From the NCBI RefSeq assembly GCF_004010195.1, contig NC_057718.1, positions 102,009,901-102,065,399 on the forward strand: DNA of 55,499 bases, given 5' to 3'. Origin of the DNA: Chiloscyllium plagiosum. Taxonomy: Eukaryota. Made by a program: the position numbers and the translations under genes. The stretch's first letter is position 1. Each line of letters opens with the position of its first letter. Shown here piece by piece: positions 39,575-51,810 of this stretch. The notes under the pieces are model-generated. The model was not told the origin of the DNA. It saw only the letters and a list, made by a program, of their open reading frames with translations, and searched no databases.

Positions 39575-39595
39575 TTCAGCACCACGGACAGCTCC
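39575..39595 (+). promoter_or_regulatory. RE1/NRSE (REST/NRSF binding site) in pcsk2 intron 1
   Basis: TTCAGCACCACGGACAGCTCC matches the canonical TTCAGCACCACGGACAGCGCC at 20 of 21 positions, within a CpG-retaining unique patch. Confidence 0.88.
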
Positions 39596-39822
39596 GAATG
39601 CTAACCGCGCCGCACACGCACTCCGGAAGCTGCATATGAGTTTATCCATCTCAGTGTTAGTGGCGGCTCTCCATTAACACTCGCACTCGAGTTGGGTCCA
39701 GTCCACTTTGTCTTGATTTCTACCCGGCGCTTCCAGAAAACGCCGTCCCACTTGAAGCCATCTCTTGAATGACCCATCTTTTGGAGAAATCGATACCTGT
39801 TATTGGATCTTACAGTCCGTGC

Positions 39823-41000
39823 AACACACACACATAGACACAGATACACAGAAACACAGATACACAGAAACACAGATACACAGACAGAGACACACGATAC
39901 ACGGATACAGATACACACACACACATACACGTAGACGCATACAGACATGCATGCACACACATGCATGCACACATACACAGACATACGCATGTGCATACAG
40001 ACACACAGGTACACACACAGGTACACACAGACATTAAAACAGATAAGCAGATAGATTCACAGACACACACACAGACAGACGCATACACAGACACAGATAC
40101 ACACATACACATAGACGCACACAGGCACACATGCACACACACATATACACACAGGCACACACATATACAGACATACGCATACACAGACACACAGATATAC
40201 ACACACAGATACACGCAGGCACACATACAGACACACAGATATACACACACAAATACACACAGACAGACACACATGCAGATACACACAGACACAGATAGAC
40301 CCACACATAAATAAGCACACATACACATACATACCAACACATACAGACACACCAATACACAGACAGTCAGGCACACACACACACACCCACACCAACACGT
40401 GGGTTTCCTCTGAGTGCTCGGTTTTCTTCACCAGACCAAAGATGTGCAGGTTAGGGTGGATTGCCCTTGCTAAATTGCCCATAGTGCTCAGTGATGTGTA
40501 TGTTAGGGTGGATTGGCCTTGCTAAATTGTCCATAGTGCTCAGGGATGTGCAGGTTAGGTGGATTGGCCTTGCTAAATTGTCCATAGTGCCCAGGGATAT
40601 GTAGGTTAGGTGCATTAGTCTGGGTCAAATACAGGATAGTGGGAATGGGTCTGGGTGGGTTACTCTTTGGAGGGCCAGTGTAGGCTTGTTGGGCCGAAGG
40701 GCCTATCTCCACACTGTTGGGATTCTATGATTCTGTGATTCACAGATGTACACACACATACATAGAGAGAAATACAAACATACTCGCACACGGACAGATA
40801 TACAGACAGACACACACACACCAAGACACAAACACACACAGACACATACATACGGACGCACGCATACATACACACACGCACCAACACACACCGACATATA
40901 CACAAAAATACTCGCACTCACGCACACATACACACATACAAATAGACACTGAGACACACAGACACACACGCACACATACACAGAAGCACACACATACACC
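39823..41000. repeat. Degenerate (AC/AT/AG)-rich microsatellite, split by an HE1 SINE at ~40397-40740
   Basis: acacacatacagacacac... tracts on both sides of a SINE core; the SINE has an internal ~52-bp unit repeated about three times (40441-40610). Confidence 0.9.
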
Positions 41001-42034
41001 ATGGGAGTTTTCAGCACTCCGTCTAATATCAGAACTGTGTTAAATTATTGATCAGGTCAGTAACTGAGCCCTGACGGTTCTGCCTGGTTGGAGCTGAGTG
41101 ATGCAGTGTTGGGTGTGTTTTTTCTTCGCTGCAGTTCTCTGTACAAGGTGCCTTACTTGTTAATTTGGAACATCCAAATCAGCAGCGGAACTATTGGACT
41201 CGGGGTTACTGTAACAACAGCCTAAAAAGCACACACACGCACACACAGAGACCCACCCCTTTCCTGGGCACGACCCAGATGAGAATATATCCAAACGCAG
41301 TGTAGGATTGTGTGACTGGAGCTTCTCACGGCTGCTCAACCATACCTGCTACCATACCGTTCCCTGTGCACATAGAGGCATGTTAGAGCTCCCTTATACC
41401 AAACCAACATGACCAACACCATAACCTCAAACGCACAGTTAGTTCTCCACACTGTAGGTTATAAATTCAGGATCAGTAGCTACGAGCTGGTATGCAACTG
41501 AGCAGTGAATGTCACCCCAAAGAAGCTGGGGTTGAGGGGTAAGGGGGTTGATTTTCCATCAGTCAGGATCAGGGGAAGCCGTGTTGAGGGTGGTGCGGTT
41601 ATTCTCTAAGCTTGGTGAAGCTGGTAGGCAGGACATTTCACTGAAAACATGCAATGACCTCAAACCTTCCAGGGGAAGGTCATGTGAAACTTTCCCTCGT
41701 CAATGCCAAGCCCCGTGTGGGACAGAAACCAGCCAGGAACTGATGGCAGTAATTACAGCTCTCCGGCCATCGTTTGTGTTTCTTTCTCCACCAAAGTGCA
41801 TTTCAGGGGAACCTCTGTCATTTTTCTTATTGTTGCGTGTGATTAAAAGAGAGGGCGACCGTACCCTGCCGATTTTGCATGATAATCATTGGGCGAGGCG
41901 GTATGCGGGTTATATCTAAATTTAAAAAAAACAGAACCAGGAACCAATGTGCAAAATGAGTGTTTGCCATGGCTATGTTAAATCACATTAGGCATGTTTA
42001 TTTTTGCATGTACGTCCTATTGACACAAATACAC

Positions 42035-42106
42035 TTCCCACAATGGCATAATTCCCACAATGGCATAATTCCCACAATGGCACAATTCCCACAATGGCAT
42101 AATTCC
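42035..42106. repeat. 17-bp tandem repeat x4 immediately after the exon 1 splice donor
   Basis: ttcccacaatggca(t/c)aa x4 followed by ttcc. Confidence 0.95.
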
Positions 42107-42109
42107 TAC

Positions 42110-42283
42110 CTTCCTGAGAGCAACGAAGCCCGAGTCTGTAGCAACCCGCTGAGCGTCCCCATCTCCGCCGTCTAACTCCACCAAAAAGTGGTTGGTATAC
42201 AGTTTCTGATGAGCCGCGGTTGTTGCGAACAGAGCTGCATTGAGTAACAGAAGGAACCAGTCCTTTATAAATCCCCGCTTCAT
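42110..42283 (-). CDS. pcsk2: Prohormone convertase 2 (PC2), coding exon 1 (signal peptide and prodomain start)
   Basis: MKRGFIKDWFLLLLNAALFATTAAHQKLYTNHFLVELDGGDGDAQRVATDSGFVALRK|gtagga; hydrophobic signal peptide and the PC2 motif TNHFLVEL; 174 nt, phase 0, joins exon 2 in frame. Confidence 0.95.
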
Positions 42284-42660
42284 CTCTCTCTCTCTCCCTC
42301 TGTTGCACTGGAGAGGCAGTTACTGCTAACCGAGAGAGACCGGAGACGGAGGGAGAAGAGAGAGAGAGAGGTAAAGGAATGGAATGAATACAAACGATAA
42401 CAGGACCGTTACCACATGCACTTCACTGGTGCACCACTGTCAGGCGGAGGATGGAGCTATGCAGCTCAGAGGGGCAGCGCCTCGCTCTCCTCTCCCTCTC
42501 TCTGCGTGTGTGGGTTCAAAAGGATGCTACATGTTCCACCGCCGACCTATAATTCATGGAGAAAATCCCAGCTCCCTCACTGGATCATGTGGCAGGCACG
42601 TCAAAGCCATGAAGCATTCAGAAGCGGGTCCCCTGCAGGGAGGGAGTGAACCCCACACTG
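42284..42660 (-). promoter_or_regulatory. Probable pcsk2 5' UTR / proximal promoter
   Basis: Unique, CpG-retaining sequence with GA/CT tracts directly upstream of the ATG; the TSS cannot be determined from sequence. Confidence 0.5.
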
Positions 42661-42939
42661 GCGATGTCAGGAATACGTTTCTCAAAAATACAAACACACG
42701 ACTTGTACAAGAGTGAGACAGATGTGAAAATGGACTCCTCGGGGCAATTTCACTATCCCGGCAATCCCAGGGCTTTCAATTAGCACATTCAGATCTGCCG
42801 CAGGGGAAAATATCCCCCAAATTGGGTGGGGGGCATAAAGATACAAACCAATTATAAGTCAATCCAAGCTTCCTCATTTAGAAAAAGATGAGTGTGGAAC
42901 TTAACTGGCACAAGGAATGAAGTGCAAAGTAAGGAGGTA

Positions 42940-43580
42940 ATTTTGATTTGATTTGATTTGTTGTAGTGACATATACCTAAGAGCAGTGAAAAAGTTTTCT
43001 TTTGCGAGCAGTACAGACAGATTGTAGCAAAAAAGGATGTACTGCTCATAGGGTGCTTAGACAGTGAGGTACACACGGGCTGCACAAGAGGGGCAAAGTT
43101 AGATCAACATCAGATTTGAAGCTGGAGAGGTCCGTTCAGCAGTCTGATACCAGCAGGGAATAAGCTGTTCTTGAACCTGTTGGCGTGTATGTTTCAGCTT
43201 TTGCATCTTCTGCCTGATGGAAGAGGTTGGAAGAGAGTGTCACCGGGGTGTGAGGAATCTTTGATGATGTTGGCAGTCCTTCTGCAGCAGCGAGCTGTGT
43301 AAATGGTGTAACGGGAGGTTGGCTCCTGTGATGGTCCTGGCTGTACACACCACCCTCTGTAGTTTCTTATGGTCCTGGGCTGATCAGTTGCCTTAAAAAG
43401 CCATTGAATGGAATAGAATTCATAGAATCTCTACAGTTTGGAAACAGACCATTCAGCCCAACAAGTCCACACCAACCCTCCAAAGAGTATCCCAGAAGCT
43501 GTGATGCACCCAGTTAGAATGCTTTCTATAATACATCTGTAAAAGTTGGTGAAAATTCTTATGGGTATGCCAGACAGGAA
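42940..43580 (-). mobile_element. Non-LTR element 3' end (Rex1/RTE-like), interrupted by a HER1/HE1 tail piece
   Basis: (tttga)n reversed tail; minus-strand ...aacaggttcaagaacagcttattccct... resembles the RFKNSFFP-type C-terminus. Confidence 0.5.
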
Positions 43581-44327
43581 TTTACCTCAGCTGGTGCATT
43601 GTGTCTACACCAGAGTATCTTCAGGCTGAGAAGAGATTTGATATCTACAAAAATAGAGACTGACGACAGGCAAAGGTCACTCAACCTCTTGAACCTGCCC
43701 CACCATTCAATAAGATCATATCTGACTTGATTATTTCATGTTCATGCCTACCCTACACAAATATATTTAGGAAGGATATATCGGCCTTGGGGGGGATCGG
43801 GGGGAGTACAACATAGGTTTACAAGAATTAAAATTGGACTTCAGGAGTTAACTTATGAGGAGACATTTTACAAATTACAGCTATTTTCTCTAGAATTTAG
43901 GTGGTTCAGGGATGATCTGATTGAAGTCTTCAAAATGTTAACAGAAAAAGACAGGGTAGATAAAGATAAACTATTTCCACTGGTTGGGGATTCCAGAACC
44001 GGGGGCATAGTCTGAGAATTGGGGCCAGACTGTTCAGGAGAGATGTGGGGAAGCACTTCCATACACAAAGGGTGGGAGAAGTTTGGAACTCTCTTCCACA
44101 AACTTCAGTGGGTGCTGGATCAGTCATTCATTTTAAATCAGAGATAGATAAATTCTTATGAGGATATGGGATATGGGTAGGCTGCAGGTCAGCCACTGAG
44201 TAGTGGAACAGGCTCAAGAAGCTGAATGGCCTACTCCCTGTATTTTCTAGGAGAAAGTGAGGACTGCAGATGCTGGAGATCAGAGCTGAAAATGTGTTGC
44301 TGGAAAAGCGCAGCAGGTCAGGCAGCA

Positions 44328-44470
44328 NNNNNNNNNNNNNNNNNNNNNNNNNNNNNNNNNNNNNNNNNNNNNNNNNNNNNNNNNNNNNNNNNNNNNNNNN
44401 NNNNNNNNNNNNNNNNNNNNNNNNNNNNNNNNNNNNNNNNNNNNNNNNNNNNNNNNNNNNNNNNNNNNNN
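44328..44470. other. Assembly gap (143 N)
   Basis: N run beginning inside a family A arm (44250-44327). Confidence 0.99.
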
Positions 44471-45212
44471 GCCTTCTTCACTATCCTATCTACCTGCGAC
44501 TCCACTTTCAAGGAGCTATAAACCTGCACTTCAAGGTCTCTTTGTTCAGCAACACTCCCTAAGACCTTACGCCTATCCATGTATTTATCCAAATACCTTT
44601 TAAATGTTGTTAATGGATCTGCCTCAACCACTTCTACTGGCAGCTCATTTCATATGCATACCACCCTCTGTCCAAAAAAAGGTGAGCTTTGCTCTGCTCA
44701 TTTAGTATTAATCTGCTTCTTATGAGTGTTTTGATCATGCTCTTATTTTATTTTGTTGAGTCATGGAGCAAGTCAGTTATGAAGAGAGATTAAATAGTTT
44801 GAGATTGTTTTCTTGGAAACCGAGAAGGCTGAGGAGGGTCTGACTGCAATGTATAAAGTCTGAGGGACACAGGCAGGATAGATAGAACATAGAACAATAC
44901 AGCGCAGAACAGGCCCTTCGGCCCTCGATGTTGCACTGAACTATGAACTATTCTCAGCTTGTCCCCCTACACTATCCCAAAATCATCCATGTGTTTATCT
45001 AAGGATTGTTTAACTCTCCCTAATGTGGCTGAGATGACTACATTAGCAGGTAGGGCATTCCACGCCCTTACCACTCTCTGCATAAAGAACCTGCCTCTGA
45101 CATCTGTCTTAAATCTATCAACCCTCAATTTGTAGTTATGCCCCTTCGTATCTGCTGACGTCATCATCCTAGGAAAAAGACTTTCATTGTCTACCATATC
45201 TACTCCTCTGAT

Positions 45213-45399
45213 CTGAAAATGTGTTGCTGGAAAAGCGCAACAGGTCAGGCAGCATCCAAGGAGCAGGAGAATCGACGTTTCGGGCATGAGCCCTTCTTCA
45301 GGATTGATTCCTGAAGAAGGGCTCATGCCCGAAATGTCGATTCTCCTGTTCCTTGGATGCTGCCTGATCTGCTGTGCTTTTCCAGCAACACATTTTCAG
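45213..45399. mobile_element. Palindromic family A element with hammerhead cores on both strands
   Basis: Arms symmetric about 45306; minus 45274-45301 CTGAAGA-A-GGGC-tcat-GCCC-GAAA-CG-TC; plus 45311-45338 CTGAAGA-A-GGGC-tcat-GCCC-GAAA-TG-TC. Confidence 0.85.
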
Positions 45400-47856
45400 C
45401 TACTCCCTGTATTTCTATTTCATCCCCATACTTATTAAGTATCTATCCACCTTTGCCTTAATAATATTCTTACTGCTTCTATCAGCTTTTCAGAAGAGGT
45501 TTTCAAACACTCCCAACCCTTCATGAGAGAAAATAAATGTCACCTCTGTTTTATGTGGGCGCCTCCTGTTGCCAAACAATGATCCCTTATCTCTAGATTC
45601 TCCCATAAGAGGAAACACCCTTTCCACATCCACCTTGTCAAGATACCTCAGAATCTTAAATGTTTCGATCTAGTCACCCATTACTCTTCAAAACTCCAGT
45701 GTCTACCTAGCCAAATCGTTCCTCCTTAGACAATCTATCTACTCTAAGTACAGGTGCAGTAAACCACAAATAATGATGCTAACACTGAATACAGCACACC
45801 CAATGCCATCTCACCAATGCTCTGTATAAGTGAAATATAACCTCCCTATATTCATCTCCCACCCCAACAATAAACAATAATATTCAATCAGCTTTTCTAA
45901 TTATTTGCTGTACCTTCATACTAACCTTCTGATGTTCATTTAAAAGCTATCTGGACAGGTACACGAATAGGAAAGGTTTAGAGGGACATGGGCCAAATGC
46001 AGGCAAATGGGACTAGTTCAGTTTGGGAAACCTGATTGGCATGGTCAAGTTAGATCACAGGGTCTGTTTCCATACTGTATGACTCTCTGACTCTGTGACA
46101 CTCAGATCCCTCTGCATCTCAACGCTCCACAGTCTCTCACCATTTAGATAATGTGCTTTTCTTCCTTGTTCTTGCTAAAAAAAAAGACAACTTCACATTT
46201 TCCCATGTTATGCTCCATTTGGCTGATCTTTTCCCACTCACTTAGCCTCTTCATATCCCTTTGTAGTTTGATTATGTCCACTCTGTGACTTAATTTCCTG
46301 TCTATCTTTTTGTAATCAGTATATTTAGCAACCAAACCTTTGGTACTTTCACCCAAGTCATTTGTATAAATGTAACCGCTTGCAACACCTTGTCAACCAG
46401 AAAATGGCCTCATTAGGCCAACTTTCTCTCTTCTGTCTGCTAGCTAATCTTCCATCCATGCCAATATCCTAGCCACTGCATATTTATCAACATCCTTTGA
46501 TGTAACAAATGCTAACCAGCATATCCACTGGTTCCCCTTTATCTGCAGCATGTGTTACTTTCTCAAAGAACTCCAATAAGTTGTGCAAGAGACCACATAG
46601 TTTCTTTTTTGAGGCTATAAACTGGAATCAAAATTGTACCACTACATAAGTGAAATACCAGGAGTTTAGCACCTTGGAAACATCAAGTGTAGCTCATTGT
46701 TAGCTGTGACAGACAATATTGCTTTTTGATGCAGTGAAAGAGATCAGTCAAGATTAAGTAGGACCGAGAGTCTTGAAGTTAAGTAAATTCTGTCTGGCAA
46801 CAGCCACCCAATCAGTGGATATGCAATTTGTTATAAAGATGTACATGATAGGGCAACAGAAACATCAGACCTTGCGAATGGAGAGCACAGTCTATAAAAG
46901 CATTAGGGGCATAGATAGGGGAAATAACCAACAGCTTTTCCCCATGGTATGGGAGTCTAAAACTAGAGGGCATAGGTTTAAGGTGAGGGGAGTAGAGATT
47001 CAAAAGGGTTTGGGGGCAACTATTTTCACACACAGGGTGGTGAGTGTCTGGAATGGGCTGCCAGAGGTCGTGGTGGAGGTGAATACAATTTCATTATTTA
47101 AGAAACATTTAGACAGGTACATGGAGGGGATAGGTATGGAGGGATATGGACCAAATGCAGGCAAATAGGACTAGAATCATGGAATCATAGAAGCCCTCCA
47201 GTGTGGAAAAAGGCCATTCAGCCCAACAAGCCCAATTATGAAAACTGAGTGGCATGGCAAGTTGGGCCAAAGGGCCTGTTTGCATTCTGTGGACCTCTAT
47301 GATTCTATGACTGCCTATGATGCCCTTCCACCTCTCTCTCTTTCTGGGTGGGGTATGCAATAGAAAACCAAGAAAGCTTTATCTACCTATAATATGTGTC
47401 AAACTATAGGTCATGTGCCTGCCTTATTTGTAAATGAGTACGTATTTGGGGTTTTTGAAAGAGTGCAGTTTAAGTTACTTTGTAGCAGATAAGATAACGT
47501 CATTTTTTCTTTGCCTTTTTGGTTTTCTGTTATTGACAAAATCTGGTGTGAATTGCTTTCATCCTGAATATCCATTGGTCAGGCAAATTTGGCATCTTTG
47601 TGATTTACTTCAGAATTTATACATTTTGTGATGGTTTGTGTAACAGTCAGGCATATATATCAATGTACACTTCCCAATTAAGCCATGTCACATGGTTAAA
47701 TCTAATTTCTCTTTCTCAAAACCCTGTTGACACTGATTATCTTGGACTTATTTAAATGTCTTGGCTGCAATTCCTTTAATAATGGGTTCAAACTCTTCCC
47801 ATTAAGTGTCCACGCAGAACAATATGTGATTTTATGCCCCTTGATATTGGACCAAA

Positions 47857-48138
47857 GCACGGTGGCTCAGTGATTAGCACTGCTGCCTCATAGCACCAGG
47901 GTCCCAGGTTCACTTCCAGCCTTGGGCAACTGTCTGTGTGGAGTTTGCACATTCTCCCCGTGTCTGCGTGGGTTTCCTCCGGGTGCTCTGGTTTCCTCCC
48001 ACAGTCAAAAGATGTGCAGGTTAGGTGAATTGGCCAAGCAAAATTGCCCATAGTGTTAGGTGCATTAGTCAGAGGGAAGTTGGTGTGGACTTGTTGAGCC
48101 AAAGGGCCTGTTTCCACACTGTAAGAAATCCAATCTAA
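47857..48138 (+). mobile_element. HE1-type V-SINE
   Basis: tRNA-like head, V core and tail as in the 33954 copy. Confidence 0.85.
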
Positions 48139-51100
48139 TAAAACATTGCATGTTTTGCTTCACATTATGGTTTACACTTTGGGACCAGTGTAATGATGAG
48201 GCTATGAATACTCAATGTTAACAAATGACTAAATTCTGTGACCTTACAAGCACAGCTAGACACAGACATCAAGACATTACTGTCTGAGTTGTGGCCTGTT
48301 CCTCTATCAGCTTCACTGTCTCATTAAATGACCGAGACACTGGGTATTAAAAAGCCATGGCTATCCCCTAAGCATGCCAGAAAACACTTAGCCAGCTGCA
48401 TTTATGAGTAAACCAATTATAACATTGTGAGCAGTCCTCATTATTGCCAAATAGTATTGACAATTAATTTTTACAAGTATGGAGTCTCATATCATCACAT
48501 TTTAATTATTACAGGAAATTTTAAGAGACTAAAATCTAAAATGAAATCCTTCCACCCCTCTCTTTTCTTATATTTTTATTGCAATCTCATCATCTTTACC
48601 TCTATCTGGCTTTCTGCACAGAATTTTATTTTGAATTAAACATTCTAACTTAAATGCCTGAATGTTTTAATGACTGTTGAATGTTTTCAATCTGACTGGT
48701 TAAGGAGATGCACTGTTGCTTATATTGTCACATGCTGACAGATCCTCTATAGCTGGACCCATACCGTTTTTAATTCCCAGTGACTGTATGTTTCAATACA
48801 AAAAACAGCAAGTCTGTGGGCAATTCCAAACATTATCAGCAGAGATTGATGTTCATTCTCCACTGGCCTGAAAGACTGGACTAAAACATTAGATGCTCAA
48901 AATATGTAAAAAAAAAAGGAATTAAAATAAGGAACAAAAAAACTAATTAAATGTATATAAAAATGGTACTTAATTTCAATTTAATTGTTTTTCTTCCTTC
49001 AATTTTTAGAAAAATAGTGTTTTTGCAGGATCTGAAGATAGGCAACATTTGTTTAAATATTTCATATTATGATTCCCAAGTGTAAGAAATCAGATGGCTC
49101 AAATTTTAAGTGGATCCTGGAAGATTTTTGTTCTCAGAGAAATAAGCTAGTTTCTTGGCTAAGGTGTTTCATTTAGGTATAAATAGGTGTAAATGTACTG
49201 TCACTATCGTGTGTAGGAAGCACTGTGAATCAATTCTATAAAAGGACACATTAACAGAACAAGCTAATGTAAATAACAGTCATTTTCCAAATATATCGTA
49301 GATTATTTTCCAACTTGCTTGATTATTTTACCCCTCCTTTGCAAATTGTACCACCATTAATTCTACTGGATCAGTGGTCTCATCGCAGACATAAACCAAG
49401 CCCTAGATATTATGATCTGTTTCATCAGTAGTAGAACAGGCATAAAATTTTTCATTAAGTCAGTCAGAAAAAAAACTTTGTATCCCTATAATACTTCAAG
49501 GCCTGGAGGGAACCATTTTCTCCAGTCCACTGCACATGAGTAGGAAGTAACTATTGCTAGGAAGTGAAAGAAAACTCCTTTGCGAAATGTAAAAGTAGTT
49601 TTACATATAAATAAAATATTAATGTTTATCAATGCTAACACTAAGATCATATCAGCCAGAAATACAATTTCTGAAGCCTTCAGCTTCTTTCAAAGTTGTA
49701 GCCTTTATTCATGGGTGGGACTAGATTGGCTTGGGATATCTAGTCAGCATGGATGAGTTGGATGGGTCTGTTTCGGTGCTGTACATCTCTATGATTCTAT
49801 GACGTTGATGGCGTTTTTTTCTTTGCAATTTAATTCAAAATGAATAGGCAGCAAATTTGAAGTGACAACGTGTTCTATATCAGGATGATTTTTCTTAAAA
49901 ACAATTTGTGTTTTTCATCCCACATCTGCTTTTAACAGGAGACACAAAGCATGAGCATCTTTCAGGAATTTGTTCCTTATTAGTCTGCACAGACAGTAAT
50001 ATCTTTTAATAAGCAGGGCAATGACAAAGTACAATAAATAGCACAGTCACTCACGTCCTGCAATGCTCAGAGAACATTTCTTTCCTGTTGATAATCCTAC
50101 CATGAAGGTTGACTTTATGAAAATAGCAGAAAAGCTTTTACAGCCAATCAAGAGAATGCTGAACTATCAAATCACATTATTGACCAAAAGCAACCATAAC
50201 CATCAGAAAATTAACTTAGCTGACGTGGAAATCGATGGAAACCTGGAAGTGCAAATACATTGTTCGTGCATAACCTCAAAGCAGCAGAAAATTGTCACAG
50301 CTATTTTAGTTAATAAGAGTGGAGATTGACGTGACACAGTCTAATTAAATAGATTATGTTTGTTCAGAAATAGGGACATCTCTAAATTTGGTGAAACTCT
50401 TCATCTTCAGGCGTGACTGCTCCATGAAGCACAAATCTGAGATAAAGGTCAAAAATACCTGTCAAAGTTCGTATTGTGTCTCTTATTCACATTCACAGAT
50501 CATCAAGGCACTTAACTATGAGGTAAAATTTCAATGATTTGAGATAAACTGCAATTATGGTTAATTGAACCAAAAGATTGCAATATGTGCAACTACATGA
50601 CATCATTGTTGTAAAGCAAATCTCCAATGAAAGATGTGCCTTATTTAGACATAGGGCCTGTGGTCGTTACAATTTGGTTGCATGACTAAAAACAAAACAC
50701 TCAGAATGCTGGAGAAGACCAACTGAGATTACCAGCTTGAACATATGACTTCTGTCCTCCATGTTGAGTACAATAATCCCATTCCCACCTCAGCAATGTC
50801 TTTTACATGTGTGTCTTCGTTCACTTTGCTTTCTACAGAGCAGACTCATTTTCTCCTTTACATACTTATTTTACATCTCTATCCCTCCTTCACCACCAAT
50901 AAGCACTCCCTTTGCCTTTTACTCTGGTCACCCTCACAATCTGTTCCACCCGCTCCTCCTCCCCTTCTGTTAAATGCACAGAAACAATGTTTTCCAGTCC
51001 CTTTTGCTCCGAAAGAAGAGTCATATTGGACTCAAAACGTTAACTTATTTTCTTCCTTCACAGATACTGCCAGATTTGCTGAGTTTCTGTGGTACTTTCT

Positions 51101-51469
51101 ATGTTTATTCCAATTCTCTCTTGGCTCTCCCGCATTCCTCACCCTCTCTGCACCCGAACATGTCCAAAACTGTGCTACCTGATTGCTGGTCACCCATCAT
51201 CATTTGCAATTATCTTTGTTTTCAAATCCCTTTGCATCCTCACTATCACTGATGTCCTCCATCATTCCACAACCATTCACAACCTCTTACTCCTCCAATT
51301 CTGACCTTTTGTACACTGTCAATTTTAAATGCTCCCTACTGGTGATCATGCTTTCAACTGTTTTGAACCCAACATTCATGAATCCTCTCCCTAAAGCCTC
51401 TCCAACCCTCTGCCTGCTCTAGGAGAGTCCCAAAGCCTGTTTCACTGACCAAGCTAGCAATGCCAGCAA

Positions 51470-51810
51470 TGGGCATTACTCAGTGGCACCAGGGACCCAA
51501 GTTTGATTCTAGACCCAGGTTTGATTCTAGCCTCAGGTGACCATCTGTGTGGAGTTTGCACATTCTCCCCGTGTCTGCATGGGTTTCCTCCGGGTGCTCC
51601 GGTTTCCTCCCACAATCCAAAGATGTGCAGTTTAGGTGAATTGGCCATGCTCAATTGCCCATAATGTTCAGGGACATGTAGGTTAGGTGCATTAGTCAGG
51701 GGTAAATACAGGGTATTAGGGTAGGGGGATGAGTCTGGGTGGGTTACTCTTTGGAGGGTCAGTGTGGACCTTGTTGGGCTGAAGGGCCTGTTTCCACACT
51801 GTAGGGAATC
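51470..51810 (+). mobile_element. HE1-type V-SINE
   Basis: V core and tail gaagggcctgtttccacactgt. Confidence 0.8.

Noticed and set aside
39601..41043. Cys/Val- and His/Thr-rich ORFs, including the MNDPSF start that resembles PC2 exon 3 (MNDPLF)
   Set aside because: These are translations of a CA-rich microsatellite; the MNDPSF match is on the wrong strand and in the wrong position for pcsk2.
45156..45163. Perfect CRE TGACGTCA ~2.9 kb upstream of the pcsk2 ATG
   Set aside because: It lies inside a CR1 tail fragment, and one 8-mer is expected by chance in 55 kb.
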